From the NCBI GenBank assembly GCA_013239625.1, contig MU053652.1, positions 2,358,001 to 2,422,000 of the forward strand: 64,000 nt of DNA. The letters run 5' to 3'. This document shows, piece after piece, positions 37,290-50,156 of this stretch (positions are counted from its first letter, which is position 1; every line of letters starts with the position of its first letter). Origin of the DNA: Lama guanicoe (taxonomy: Eukaryota). Position numbers and translations under genes: made by a program. The notes under the pieces were generated by a model. It was not told the origin of the DNA, did no database searches, and saw only the letters and a program-made list of their open reading frames with translations.

Positions 37290-37537
37290 ATGTGAAGTCC
37301 TGTCAACACTGCCGTGGAGTAGAGCATGGGGACTGTGCCATAAATACTGTAGAGCACACCTGAAAGTTGACAAGAGAGTAAATCTTAAAAGTTAACTTTG
37401 TATGGTGGCGGATGGTAATTAGATTCAGCGTAACAATCATTTCACAAAATATACAAGCACCTCAGTCATTACCTTGAAGACCTCCAACCAGTACAATGTT
37501 ACATGTCAATTATATGTCAATGAAAAATTTTAAAAAA
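37290..37537 (+). mobile_element. LINE-1 3' end (L1MA9/10-like)
   Basis: tgaaagttgacaagagagtaaatcttaaaagt...aatcatttcacaaaatatac...caatgttacatgtcaattatatgtcaat plus an A-rich end. Confidence 0.75.
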
Positions 37538-38147
37538 GACAGCTCCAGGAAAATGTGCCTGCAACAGCACAGACCTGGTGGTGAGGCCCCTGCGGGATGG
37601 AGCAGAGGCTTCTCAGGGAGCCCAGAGAGGACTCCTAGGGGGAGGCGTGCAGAGCCTGGGCTCGGCTCCCCATCCTTGTCCTTGGGGTGCTTCAGTGCAG
37701 TGGTGGCAGCCCAGACCAACCGCGTGCCCCTGTGATGAGCTGTGAGGGCCACACGTGCACGATGGGGAGTCAGAGGTGCCCATTGATGGAAGGCAGTGGG
37801 CAGAGGGTGTGGGCGAGACCACTCTGTGTCTGGGGGCTGAGCCTTCAAGGACAAAGATGCTGTCTGAGTGGAGACAGAGAGGAGACTGCCTGAACCAGGA
37901 CCCAGAGCCAAGAAGACCCACGCCTGTTAGAAGAGGTGGGAGGTCCCTGGGACGGGAGGGAGGGAAGGGGGCTCAAAGGGCCAGAACTGACACCTAAAGG
38001 CCTCCCGGGATGGGTTGAGACGTCTGGACCAGGCTCTGATGGAGCTGAGAGCCTCTGCCCCCTCAGGTTGATGACAGCTCCGCTGTGTTTTCAAGAGGAT
38101 GGGGGATGGGGCGGGACCAGGAGCCTGTGTCCTCATCATTCTGTTCC

Positions 38148-38558
38148 ACTCACACCATGAGCACACGTGGGCTACTCACACACCGCACGCTCACATTTCT
38201 GTGTGCACACCACGTGCACACATGCAGCACCAACACACCACGCCCAAACCCACACTGTACACATCTGCACCCCCTCCAGCTTACACGTACTACATCCACA
38301 CACTCTACACACCACATGCAGTACACCCGTGCACCCCCTGCACTCACACTGGGTACACACACACCACATATGCATATATACTGCTCACACCCCCTAGACA
38401 CACATATACACACACACCCAGACCCACACATGTCCTAGATCCACACACTCACCCCACACACATACATTACACCCACACATCACACACACAACCGCCAACC
38501 CCACACACACTGCACCCATATATATGCCACACCACACAGACGCACACACACGCTGCAC
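38148..38558. repeat. Degenerate CA-rich low-complexity region
   Basis: About 400 nt of interrupted cacac units. Explains the His/Thr- and Cys/Val-rich ORFs here. Confidence 0.9.
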
Positions 38559-40263
38559 AATATGGGGACACAGTCCAGTAAATGCAGGCGGGCAACTGAC
38601 TCAAACAACGTGAGAAAGTAAAACATAAGAAGCCTGCAAACTACTCTGGGGCTGTTTCTGGGCATTCAGACCCAAATAAGGTCTGGAGCGCCTGGGTTTA
38701 GGGTGACTTGAGGGAACTCCCATCTCCGTTTCCCATCAGAACCAGAGGACCTGATGTCTGCCACCCAGGGAGAGACACGACAGGGCAGTGAGATGCCCCC
38801 TCCCCAGCTGGTGTCACAGCCCCTGGTCTGGCTCCTGCCCCCTGTTCATCCTCTGAGGCACTTTGGCACCTTCCTGTCTCCGAGAACCCTGTCCCCAGAG
38901 GGCCCTCTCTTGCCTTTGCTCGGATAAGCCAGGTTATCTGTCCATCTGCTGGCCACTGACCTGTTTATCTTCTTAGGACTCTCTTCCTGAAATAACCTGG
39001 GGTTATCTTAGCTGCCAGAGCAGGCAGCCCTGCCTGACAACCCCTCCCAGGGCGGGTGGCCGCTCATCACTAGCAGCTTTAAACGCCTTTCATGTAGGCC
39101 CAAATTCCACACATTATTCGGCCAAACTGGAGACCTGACTGAGAAGGGCCGGCACCTCCACCCCCATTGGATCCTCCAACTGCAGCCTGGGCTCACAGAA
39201 GTGCAGGCGGCCTCTCTCTCTCCCCTCCCGGGATGAGGTGGTCCTGCTGCTCTCCGGGTCTCTCACCCCAGCAGCTGGACACGTCTACAGGCAAGCCTGG
39301 TCGTCTCCACAGAATTGGCAGGCACAAAGCCAAGCTCTTCCTCTGCCTTATTCCAAACCTCCCACCTCTCTCCCGTTTCTATCCATTCAGCCATGTCAAA
39401 ACTTCCCTAGACTTGGATTAAAATCTCAGGCACAGTCCTGTCCCTTCCCATCCTGGTGGTGCCCCTCACCAGCACCACAGCCCAAGCCCTGGCCCCCGCC
39501 CTTCCAGGAGCAAGTCCTCTGACAGCTCCCCTGGTTCTGGATTCCAAGCCTTCTACACACAGCTGCCGGACTCACAATCTTCCATTGGCATCTCACCCTG
39601 CCACTGCCCTGCTCAAGAACCATCCAAGGCACTCTGTTAATGGCTGCTTCAAGTCTAAACATATTTGTCTGGCTCGCAAGGTAGACTCCACTTATCTGAC
39701 AGTACGTCCCACTACTCCAGTTAGTATCATCTCTGCTCCAGGTCAGGCTGAGCCCCTCGTAGCCCCCACACAAGCAGGCTCTTTTGGGCCTCCACACCTC
39801 TGCTGGAGCTGACCTGCTGACCAGCAATGCCCTTCAGTATCTTTTTCCCCTCGGCAAGATCCCCGCCAAGTCCCAGTTTTGCTAAGTTTTCTTCAGTGCT
39901 TTCCAGTCATTCATTTGTTCAGCCAACGTTAACTGAGCACTTACTACGAACAAGGTTTTCACTGACCAGCCTCCTCTCCGCGCTCCAACAGCACAAGTAA
40001 CATCTGCCTCACACCTTTACACAGAATCCATCCCTTAAGGTCTTGCAGTGTGTCACCATTACAGGTCCGTAGCCCTCAACCATGTCATAAGCTCCTTGAA
40101 GGCAGCAGCCCAGTCTCCGGCTCCTTCTGTGCCCCAGGCCCTGGCCTGGGGCTCCTAGACTTGGGAACTTCACACTCTGCAGGTGGTGGTGGTTCTGTTC
40201 CTGTTTGTAGGGCTAACAGGATTGTCAGCTTTTTGTTTCAAATAAAACCATTTTTCTAAACCA

Positions 40264-40488
40264 TTTTTTAAATCTAAGTATAGCTATTTTACAATGCTAT
40301 GTTAGTTTCAAGGGTACAGCGGAGTGATTCAGTTAAATATGTATTCTTCTTCAGAGTCTTTTCCATTATAGGTTATTATAAGATATTGAGCAGAGTTACT
40401 TGTGCTGTACAGTAGGACCTTGTTGTTTATCAATTTTTATATAGTAATGTGTATCTGTTAATCTCAAATTCCTAATTTATCCCCCCCC
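40264..40488 (-). mobile_element. LINE-1 3' end (artiodactyl-type)
   Basis: gtatagctattttacaatgctatgttagtttca..gtacagc..agtgattcagtta...tatctgttaatctcaaattcctaatttatccc. TSD-like aa(c)ccatttttt on both sides. Confidence 0.88.
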
Positions 40489-43400
40489 AAAAAAAACCCA
40501 TTTTTTAATTTGATGTCATAAACAAAAACACGCTCTAACACTAACAAAGTAGCTCAGAAAAGTAGGAAGAACATAATCCCAGAATAAAAGACAATCCTTG
40601 AAATTGAATAAGTTTAGCAGTATGGAAAAATTCACCGTGTTTTTCTTCTTGTTCATTTCAGAGCATAATCTCAGAATAAAAGGGACAGGCCTTTCAAAGG
40701 AATCAATTTAGCAAGCTGAAAAACTCATGATGTTTTCCTGCAGTTTGCAGAAGACAGGTGACTGTCAGCGTCCATCCCAGTGTTTGGGAGCCTCTGTCTA
40801 CGTCCTCTCACCAGGTGAGCACAGCTCAAGTGAGCTGAATGAGGAGTTGATGTCTTTGGTTGTTGCCTGGAGAAGCCATTGTGTGTCTCTTCTCATAAGA
40901 TCCAGCCTGCGAGCCAGGGACAAGGCTGGCCTGGCAGTGGTGACCCCAAGCCCAGACTCCTATCCCTTTAGCTCTGTCTCAGACACACGGCCTGATTTTT
41001 TTCTCCTCTGTAGGCAGGTGGCTATTCTTGACACGAATTGCATCCCATTCTTGAGCAGTGAAGTGCTGGAGTCTCAGGGGAGGCAGGTAGGATGGGGGCC
41101 TCTGGGGATGTTGGGCAGGAGCAGAAAGCAAATAGGCCACAGAACAGACACCCCACCCAGTGTCCTCACGGCTCCCAGCTGGTCAGGAGCAGAGTGGGGT
41201 GAGACTTCAGAGCCTCCGTCCCCATCCCCCTGGGATTCTGCCCTCTCCCTGCCCTGTCTCAGCCCAACTTGAAGAGAGAAATGCGACTGAAACTTCCCAT
41301 TTCTCAGCCCTGGACAACCCCCACCCCCATCCCAGGCACTTCCATAAAAAGCCATTGCTGCCTGGAGGGGATGGGGGAGAGGATTTTTCCAAAGGATGCA
41401 TGTGTGTATTGTTGGGAGCAGCAAGCATTTTGGTGAACTCCAGGTCACTGCACAGCCTGACAAATGGCAGGAAGTTCGGGACTTGGGCCTGACATTTTTT
41501 GCACAAAGGCCCTCCAGCCCAGCCAGGTGAGCCGGGCCTGGGGACAGACACGGGGGGCCACCGCCCGTCACTTCCTGCCCTTTGTTGGCCCAAGTGACAG
41601 CCTTCCCGGCGCTCAAAACAGCCTTTCTTTTGTGCCTGACTCCTGTTCTTTATTTATGGAGAGGAGCTTCTCGATATAGAAACGGGTGGGCCCCTAGTCG
41701 GCAGCAGGATATGGGAACGCAGACTGGCAGGGTGCCCACCGCCGGGGGCAGGAGCACCGAGTTCAAATAATGCGCCGTATACTCAATAACGAGCCTGTGT
41801 GCTGTTTGTATGAGGTGCTCTCAGGCTCCGCTGGCCCGCTTCAGGGCATCAGGAGCCTGCCCGGCCACCAGCCCTCCTGCTGGTACCCCCTTTTGGTTCT
41901 CTGGCCTGTCTGCCTTTGCTTGATGTGCCTCAGGTCTGCCTGGCCTGCCTCTCCAAGTCAGTATGGGCTCCTTGAAGGAGGGGACGCCTCCTCTCCCTAC
42001 AGGAAAACCTTTGTTGTCCACTTCCTCAGGGTTAGACTCTGCTTCCAGGAGCTGGTGTGTGTGTCTGTGAGCATGGTGCCCGTGGGACCCCTTTAGGCTC
42101 CCAGTCTTTTCTTCATTGTTATCATTTATGACAGAATTCTTTCTAAAAGGAATCACGCACACCTGATGTCTCAGATAAAAGATGTTGAACAGATTTTGAG
42201 CTTTTCTTGGGAACTTGGGGTGTTGGTTAGGATCCCTGTGTGAGCAGTAGGAAGGACCCTGGGCCAGGCAGGACCAGGAGATCTGGGTGTCATTCCTCAC
42301 CCTGCCTGGCTAGCTGTGCAACCTTGAGCAAGTTCCTTCACTTCTCTGGCTCTCAGAGGTTGGCCTGATGACACCAAGTGGTCATTTTAATTCTCATGTT
42401 CCGTGGTTCCCTTTGTTTTGTACCATGTGGTCATAGAGTGATGTCAATACAGACATTGTTGAGGTACATAAGGCACTGTCCCACACAAGGAATCACAGCT
42501 GACTTTGAGTTCTCATAAATATTTTTGGTGGATTTCTTTCTTGTCTACCTTGTTTTGTTTTGTTGTTTCTAAAAAGATAGCCTAAAGGCTAATTTTAGAC
42601 CAACCCACCCATAGTACCAACTCTCTTTCAAGTCTGTGACTTCTTAATCTGCTGGAACTATGTGCAAATGAAGAGTTCACAGACCCAGAGTAAATATACA
42701 AATACACAGGTTTGTGTGTGTACTGTATGGCATATTTCTGACAAACCAATGATTTTTTTTTTCCCCTTCCCTGACTCTATTCCAGAGGGATGAATTTATC
42801 AGAAAGGTAGAATCTGGAACAGTGAGGTACTACTATGCCTATTCCATCTCTCCCTACGGTGCCTTCAGGAAACATAGTAGAAAGTTACTAAATTATTGCT
42901 GAACCAGATAACCTCCCCTTCTACTCGAAATTCAACTAGAATAAATGTCTACCTCATCCAAGTTTATTTCTGAGCTCAGGTGTGGGGAGCAGTCTGTCTA
43001 GGCCTCTGTGTATGTTTGACAGAATCCTGCTCCTCCTCCTGCTTCCTACAAGGCGCAGCGTTCCCTCTCTTCCTTGTGGCCGCCTCCTTCCTCTCACGTG
43101 AAGCTGGGTCCAGCACTCCCCCAGAAGGAGAGGGATGAGGCACTAATTAGATTCTCCCCCTCCTCAGAGTGAGACGTGGAAACTCTGGACATTTCTGGAG
43201 GCCATGCAGAGAACTCCTAGGGAGGCAGAGCTCTAAAAATAATAATAATTAACATTTGCATCAACTTCAACCTTTACAGGGCAATCCCACAGACTATATT
43301 TCACTTAGTCAACCCTCTGATCCTGAGGTATCGCCTCCCATTGCCCGGGTAACCGAGACCAGCTATGGCTGAGTGGTTCTGCAGGCTTAATTAATCGGAA

Positions 43401-46252
43401 AGCTGGGGCTTTTCCCAGCGTATCCCACTTCTTAGCTGGAGGGGTGGCAGGGATGGTGAGAGTTGGCGTGGGGGGTCGCCTTCTTGCAGATACCTATCTT
43501 TGAGAGAGAGGGAAAGTGAGGAGGAGGTAGGAGGGAGGGAGCACAAGGTCCGAGGTAAGGCATGAACTTCCTCGTTAGAATAAGGCAGTTTCTGGTGGGT
43601 TCGGCCCGTTTCTTCCTCCTCAGGGAACACTGGGAAGAACTCGATTTGGGACCAGAGGATCAGAAGACTTGGGCAGGACCTTGAACTCTCCCCATCCTGG
43701 GGAAAGTTAAATATTCCGAGCTCCCCGGCAGTTCTCTCCTCTGCAAAAGGAAAATGATCATAGTGACACCAACCATAACAATAGTGCAACAACAGCAAGA
43801 ACACGTGCTCCCATCCCTCCTCACAGGGTGAATGTGAGAGCAGGCAAGCCAAGCTCGTGGAGATGCTCTTAGGATGGAAACCATAATACCCTGGCAGGTT
43901 GTCATTGCTTTCATTCATTCCACAGATGTTTACTGAACATCCGCCGTGCTCTGGGCACTGAGGTAGGCCCTGAGGGTTCAGCAGTGACAATAACATGCCA
44001 CCCATGACATGTAGTGTATTGTGGTGAGTCAGCTACTATACCCCCACTGCCCTCTGCTTTGGTCCCTTTTGGCGGTAGAGCAGTGTAGACCACCTCTTCA
44101 GGCATCAGGGTCCTTATCCATGTGACCATTGTTGTAGCAATTGAGCAACCTCAGTCATGTGAAGCATCTACAGCTGACACCACGCCTGTCACAGAAGGAA
44201 TGAACGCTCCATAATCATTCCCTCCAAAAGTGCCCTTTAATGACCCACCTCTCTCTGAACAAGGAGATTAGGATTTCTGTGCCCTGAGCTTAGTCACTGG
44301 CTGAAAGACTTCTGTTCAGCCGCTTCCCCCCTTCCCCAGCCCATCAATGCAGATGAAGGCAGAGCTCTGAACTCTTATGCATTCATTCAGCCTTGGGTGG
44401 GTGTGTGTGTACATGCGCGCGCGCTTTGTGCCTTAGCTCTCCAAATAGAACACAGTTCCTGGCAGGTAAGGACTGACTCAGCCAATCCCTTCTCTCCTGG
44501 CTCCAAATGGGACAGGCAGGCCGTCCATCTTACCAAGCCGGTGAGAAATCCCTTGCAGCTCTAGTTCTATTGATTTTCTTTCTGGCTCGTCACTGAAGTG
44601 TGAAGTGTTCTGACAGCGCGGCGAGGAAGTGTCAGGAAGTGCCTATGACATTTAAGGTGAAGACAGGATAATTTAATAATCTCAGGAACATTCACCGCAT
44701 TGTTTTCTCAGACAAAACCAGTCTGGGGGAAAAAAAAAGGGGCCACAAAGACTATTTTAATAACTGCCAGTATTTTCCCGGCTCCCTGCTCCCCAGGCCC
44801 CGCCCTCCTGCAGTCCCAGCCTATAACTAGGGTGCGTGCCATGTAAGCACACAGCTCTCCAGTCTGGCCAGCAACATCCTGCCCACCAGCCATGGTTCCG
44901 GCCCTGGTGGCACCCTTGTGCTAATTAGGAAAGGGGCCCTGGGGTTCTGGGCAAGCCTCGCCCATACCAGCTGAACCTCCCCCCAGCTCACAGTATCCCT
45001 CCAGGTTCCTGCCATCATGGCCGCTACTCTGAGCTGTTGAAGCTGACACCTTCAGTGCTGCTCCCTGCCCTTGATGGCTTCTGGCCATCGCCGCCTGGAC
45101 CACTGATGCTTCCTGCTCTCCTGGGGCCTAGCAGAGATGTTACTCAAGTGTTTTCTTTTCCGTTTTATTTTCTTTGTAATTCAGCCTCCTCTGCATGGGA
45201 GCTGGGCCACAGCACAGCCTTGGAAACAGATAACTGCTGGCCTCAGAATTGCATCTTCTCTTTGGCCTTGGCCCATTGTTCTAGAACCTGAGTGACAGAC
45301 ATGATTCTCTCCTTCCTTAGGACGAGCTTCCTGCCAGGAAGTTCCTGGACTCTCATGCAGATGGAGGACTCAGAGTCTCGAGGGCTTTAGTTTAGCTGCC
45401 CTCCAGGCCTGCAGGCCCACCTGTAGAGCCCCTATTGAATCCTTTCAGTGATAGCTAGGCCCTCCTGGGGCATCCATTGCTTTCATTGCTAGAAAGTTCT
45501 TTCCGTGTTCATCTGACAAATCTTTATAGAAGCTATTCCTAAGTCCCAGACCCGGCCTTCGGTTCTGGGGACAAACCAGACAGGGTCCCTGCTCATAGGG
45601 AGCTTAGGTTTAAGTTGGGGGAGGCGGGGTAGATAACGCTCTGTATACAAGTGATGAAGAGATGGCTGAAGAGAACAGCTTGACAGTGAGGAAGCTCCAA
45701 GAGGCAGAGGGTGGTGGTTCTGGGGCTTCTCTGAGGAGGTGATTTTTGGGGTGGAGACCTGGGGACCGAGGGGTCAGCCATGGTGATGGTGAGGGCAGGG
45801 GCTCTGAGGGCAGAGGAGTGAGCCTGGGAAGGAAGGCCAGTGGGACTGAAGCGGGCACTGGGGATGGACCTTTGTGTCCACTACATAAAGGAGGTAGGAG
45901 AGGAGGAAGGAAAGAAATGGGGACCTCCACCAGCAACACAAACCTTCTGTCATCGTCCCAACTCCCTTGTGTGCAGCCGCTTCTCACCTGCTCCTTCTGC
46001 CCAGCCTGCCATCCACCCCCTCTTCTGGCCCTGGCAAACTCCTCCTTAACCACTGAGATCCAGCTCAAAATTTCCCTCCTCCGAGAAGCTTGCCCAGACT
46101 CCCGCCAGTGGGCAGAGGCACTGCTCCTTTCTGTCCTCTGCAAGGCTCAGCCCCTCTGCCGGCACTTCTCCCCCTCCTCAAGGTGGCGACTAAGGGAATG
46201 GGTGTGGGAGGCCGACCCAGCCTGGCTCCGCCTCGCCAGCTGTGTTATATGA

Positions 46253-46724
46253 TGTGGGGAATTCATCTCCCGGGGCTGCTCCAACAAAGGACCACAAACT
46301 GGGTGGCTTAAAATCACAGAAATTTGTTGTCTCTTAGTTCTAGAGGCTGGAAGTCGGAAATCAGGGTCTTGGAAATGTTGATTCTTTCTGGGAACTCTAG
46401 GGAAAACCTGTCCATGCCTCTCAGCTAGCTTCTGGTGACGGCTGGTGGCCTTGGCTTTCGTTGGCTGGTAGACACCTGCCTACAATCTCTGCATCTTCAC
46501 ATGCCATCTTCTCCCTGTGTGTCTGTCTTCATGTGATGCTCTCCTCTCTCTCTCTTCTTCTTAAAAGGACACCAGCCAGATGGGATTAAGGGCCCATCCT
46601 AATCCAGTGTGAACTCAACTCACCTAATAACATCCGCAGTGACTCTATTTCCCAGTAAGATTGCATTCTCAGATACCAAGGGTGAGGACTTCCACAAATC
46701 TTTTGGAGGAACACAGTTCAACCC
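46253..46724 (-). mobile_element. MLT1 (B/C-like) MaLR solo LTR inserted in a MIR
   Basis: accacaaactgggtggcttaaaa..cagaaattt..gttctagaggctggaagtc...aaggacaccag..ggattaagggccca...acacagttcaaccc. MIR halves flank it. Confidence 0.85.
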
Positions 46725-48201
46725 TGGGTAACTTTAAACTGTTTCCTCTTCTCTAAAACATGTTTTTAAAAAAATCTTCCTCATAACATGAAGGTTAAAT
46801 GAGCTAATGGGTATCTAGGGTGTCCCATGTTACTTAATAAACATTCAAAAAGGTAGATGCTAATGTTAGTAATACGGCCGGTCCATTATGAGTTCTAGGT
46901 AGAGACCACATCTTATTCCTTTTTCTTTTTAGTTTTCAGTGTCTAGTACACAGTTTGTGCACATTTTTGCTGTCTGAATGAGCTGCTTCCATCTTAAAGG
47001 CAATATTAAGGTCAGAGGAGTGATTTTGAACATCCCTGTCCCCATCAAAGAAAATGCATTGGGAGAAGAATTAGGCGGTGGTTCAAACTCTCTCGAACGA
47101 GTTTTTAATGTGCTCTGGATGCTTAAAAGGTATCTCAGAGTGTATTAAATCATGAAATCCAAAAATGCCTCCAAATTATTATCTCAAAGTATCTTCAAAT
47201 TATTCTCAAAAAGCCTCTTTTAAATTCTATGAGGGGCAGGGAAAAATATTGTTAATTAATCTTTTAATTAATGCTTATCATAAGCAATATATCAGTCCTA
47301 GGGAAAATTTACGAGGCAGCAATGCTGTATTTTTAATGTGCTGCCTGTACATTTTATGGTTCATTGGAGCCCTTTGTGTCATCAATATGATTGGTACATT
47401 TATGTACATTTGTAAAACACTTTGGAGCATACTTTTACTATTTTAAGTGATTATAAAGGTTTATAGTTCTTTGCTCTTATGACATCTCCAGCCATATCTG
47501 TGGTTTTTGGTGCCAAGTCCTTACTTCAGAATGTAACCTCCAACTGCAGCATGATTTTTATGGAGAAAATATGATCTGCTTTACAATGACTCACTTTAGG
47601 GGTTAGTTTCCAGGGGCAAAAAGTAGAGAAAAGTGATTAATTCTCTTTTAAAACTTAATTCCATCCCATCTCCTCTCTCTCACTTCCCTATTCCTCACTC
47701 TCTGCCCCATGCTGTCTCTGGGTGCAGGCTGAATTAACTGAAATAGGATGCATCTCAACCCATCCTAAAAGTGGGAGCTCTTTGTAAGTAGGGTTCCAGT
47801 TTTCTGTTACATTCATCTTGAGGTCCAGTTTCTATCAAAGTTTGTGCATGTAGTGGGCTTAGTAAATGTTGGATTTTAATTGATGGCCTGTTATATTATT
47901 GAATATTCCAGGCAAAGTCAATCCCTAAAAAAAGGATATATAATATTTACTAAGCATGTATTACATATTTTGGCTATAATATATATAGCTAAAATATTTG
48001 TATAACAGGTACATAATGTATGTATGCATATAAATGCAATATATGTTATGGCTAAAACATGTTACTTTTTCCTTGCATATACATAAACTATCTCTGGAAG
48101 AATGCGAAAGAAACGAGTGGCATTGCTTGTCGGCGGGTGGGGTATGAGTGGCTGGGGGAGCCGGTGAGGGGAGTAGTCACTATATTCCGTTTAGACTTTT
48201 T

Positions 48202-48363
48202 ATCTTAATTTCTGTTTTTTAAAAAAATTTTTTTTGGGAGGGGAGGTAATTAGGTTTATTTGGTTTTGTTTATTTATTTATTTTGATGAGGGGCTGGGGA
48301 TTGAACCCAGGACCTCATATATGCAAAGCATGCTCTCTACCACTGAGCCATACCTTCCTCCCA
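48202..48363 (-). mobile_element. tRNA-derived SINE (Vic-1-like) within an old L1ME-like 3' end
   Basis: Perfect 13-bp TSD gtttagacttttt at 48189-48201 and 48364-48376; ctggggattgaacccaggacc...ctctaccactgagc. Confidence 0.92.
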
Positions 48364-48989
48364 GTTTAGACTTTTTGAATATGTGAATTGTTCATTCGTG
48401 TCTGTAAACCATATCTAGATATGCATTTTTTGTCATTGTTGATGCTTCTCTTCATAAAGCCATAGGCTGTGTTTTTCAAGGGTTCACATACAACTTCCCA
48501 GTTATATCATACACTCTACAAGTCTAGGATTATCATTCTCATTCCTTCTTTATACTCCAGGATCCCAACTAAATGTGATGCTTGCCTAGGTCCCCAGAGT
48601 TACTTGAGACATAAGCCACCACCTTAGTGTTCATCATTTTTTCAATCAGCAAACATTGGTAGAGCTTCTTCTAGAATCTGGGGAGCCGGCAATGGATATA
48701 AGGTGGAGCTTCTTTTAGAAGCTGGTGGAGCCAACAATGGATGTAAGGTGACATCTCCCTCCAAAGCAAGGGCAGAGGTGGGGGCAGGGGTGGGACAGAC
48801 TTAGGTGCCACCATTTATTATAGTATGGCAAGAACCTAAAGGGGACATGAATACAGTGCCACAGGGGAGAAAAACTCAGAACACACACTTCACAGATGGG
48901 GCACTTTTGAGCTAATTCTTGACAAATGGACGATGCTCAGGTAGAAACAGCTTTCAGTGGAAGGGCGTGTTTCTTCCGGCTAGCTGGGA

Positions 48990-49222
48990 GGAATGGTTAA
49001 GAGCATGTGCATTTGACTGCTCTGGTTTTGAAGCCCAGCTCTGCCACTTACTAGCTATCTGCCTCTGGGCAAGTTATTAAGGTTGTTTTCTTAAGTGTAA
49101 ATAGGAAGAAAATAGTTCCTTCCATACAAGTTTGTTATAAATATTAAATAAGAGAATGCTTGCAAAGCACTTCAAAGCCTGGCACAAGGTAAGTGCTCAG
49201 CAAACCTTAGCTATAATTATTA
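48990..49222 (+). mobile_element. MIR SINE, near full length
   Basis: tggttaagagca...cccagctctgccacttactagct...gggcaagttatt...gcctggcacaaggtaagtgctcagcaaa. Confidence 0.88.
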
Positions 49223-49255
49223 AACTTACCTGGTACAGGAAGAAAAACATATCTT

Positions 49256-50156
49256 TTTTTCTCACTTTTTAAAGATTGAAGTATAGTTGATTTACAATAC
49301 TGTGTTAGTTTCAGGTGTACAGCATATTGATTCAGTTATATATATATTTTTTCAGTTCTTTTCCATGATAGGTTATTACGAGATACTGAATATAGTTCCC
49401 TGTGCTACAAGTAAATTCTTGTTGTTTATCTATTTTATATATAGTACTGTATATCTGTTAATCTCAAACTTCTAATTTATCCCTTCTCCCAGCTTTCCCC
49501 TTTAGTAATCATAAATTTGTTTTCTATGCCTGTGAGTCTGTTTGTAAATAAATTCATTTGTATTATTTTTAGATTCCACACATAAGTGATGTCATATGGT
49601 ATTTGTCTTTGTCTGTCTTACTTCACTTAGTATTGATATTCTCTAGGTCTATCCAAATTGCTGCAAATGGCAATATTTCATTCTTTTTTGTGGCTGAATA
49701 ATATTCCATTGTGTGTGTGTGTGTGTGTGTGTATACACATGTATGTGTGTGTGTATATATACACACACACATATATATACACACACACACATACACACAC
49801 AAACACATAACTTCTTTATCCAGTCATCCAGTTAATGGATGCTTCCACGTCTTATCCACTGTTAATGGTGCTGCTGTGAACATTGGGGTGCATGTATCTC
49901 TTTGATTTAGAGTTTTTTCATCTTTTCCATATATATGCCCTGGAGGAGTATTGTTGGATCATAGGGTAACTCTATTTTTTGTTTTTTAAGGAAGCTTCAT
50001 ACTGTTTTCTATGGTGGCTGCACCAATTTACATTCCAACAGTGTAGGAGGGTTCCCTTTTCTTCACACCCTCTCCAGCATTTGTTATTTGTAGACTTTTT
50101 GATGATGGCCATTCTGACTGGTGTGAGGTGATAGCTTATTGTAGTTTTGATTTGCA
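49256..50156 (-). mobile_element. 5'-truncated LINE-1 (ORF2 C-terminus + 3'UTR)
   Basis: Minus-strand translations [41 protein letters not shown] and MEYYSATKKNEILPFAAIWIDLE are the L1 ORF2 C-terminal Cys-rich region. TSD-like gaagaa..cat(a)tctt at both ends. Confidence 0.93.
49710..49808. repeat. Compound (TG)n/(TA)n/(CA)n microsatellite inside L1
   Basis: tgtgtg...tatatatacacacacacatatatatacacacac. Confidence 0.92.

Noticed and set aside
38085..38581. His/Thr-rich or Cys/Val-rich proteins
   Set aside because: Translation artefacts of CA-rich low-complexity DNA.
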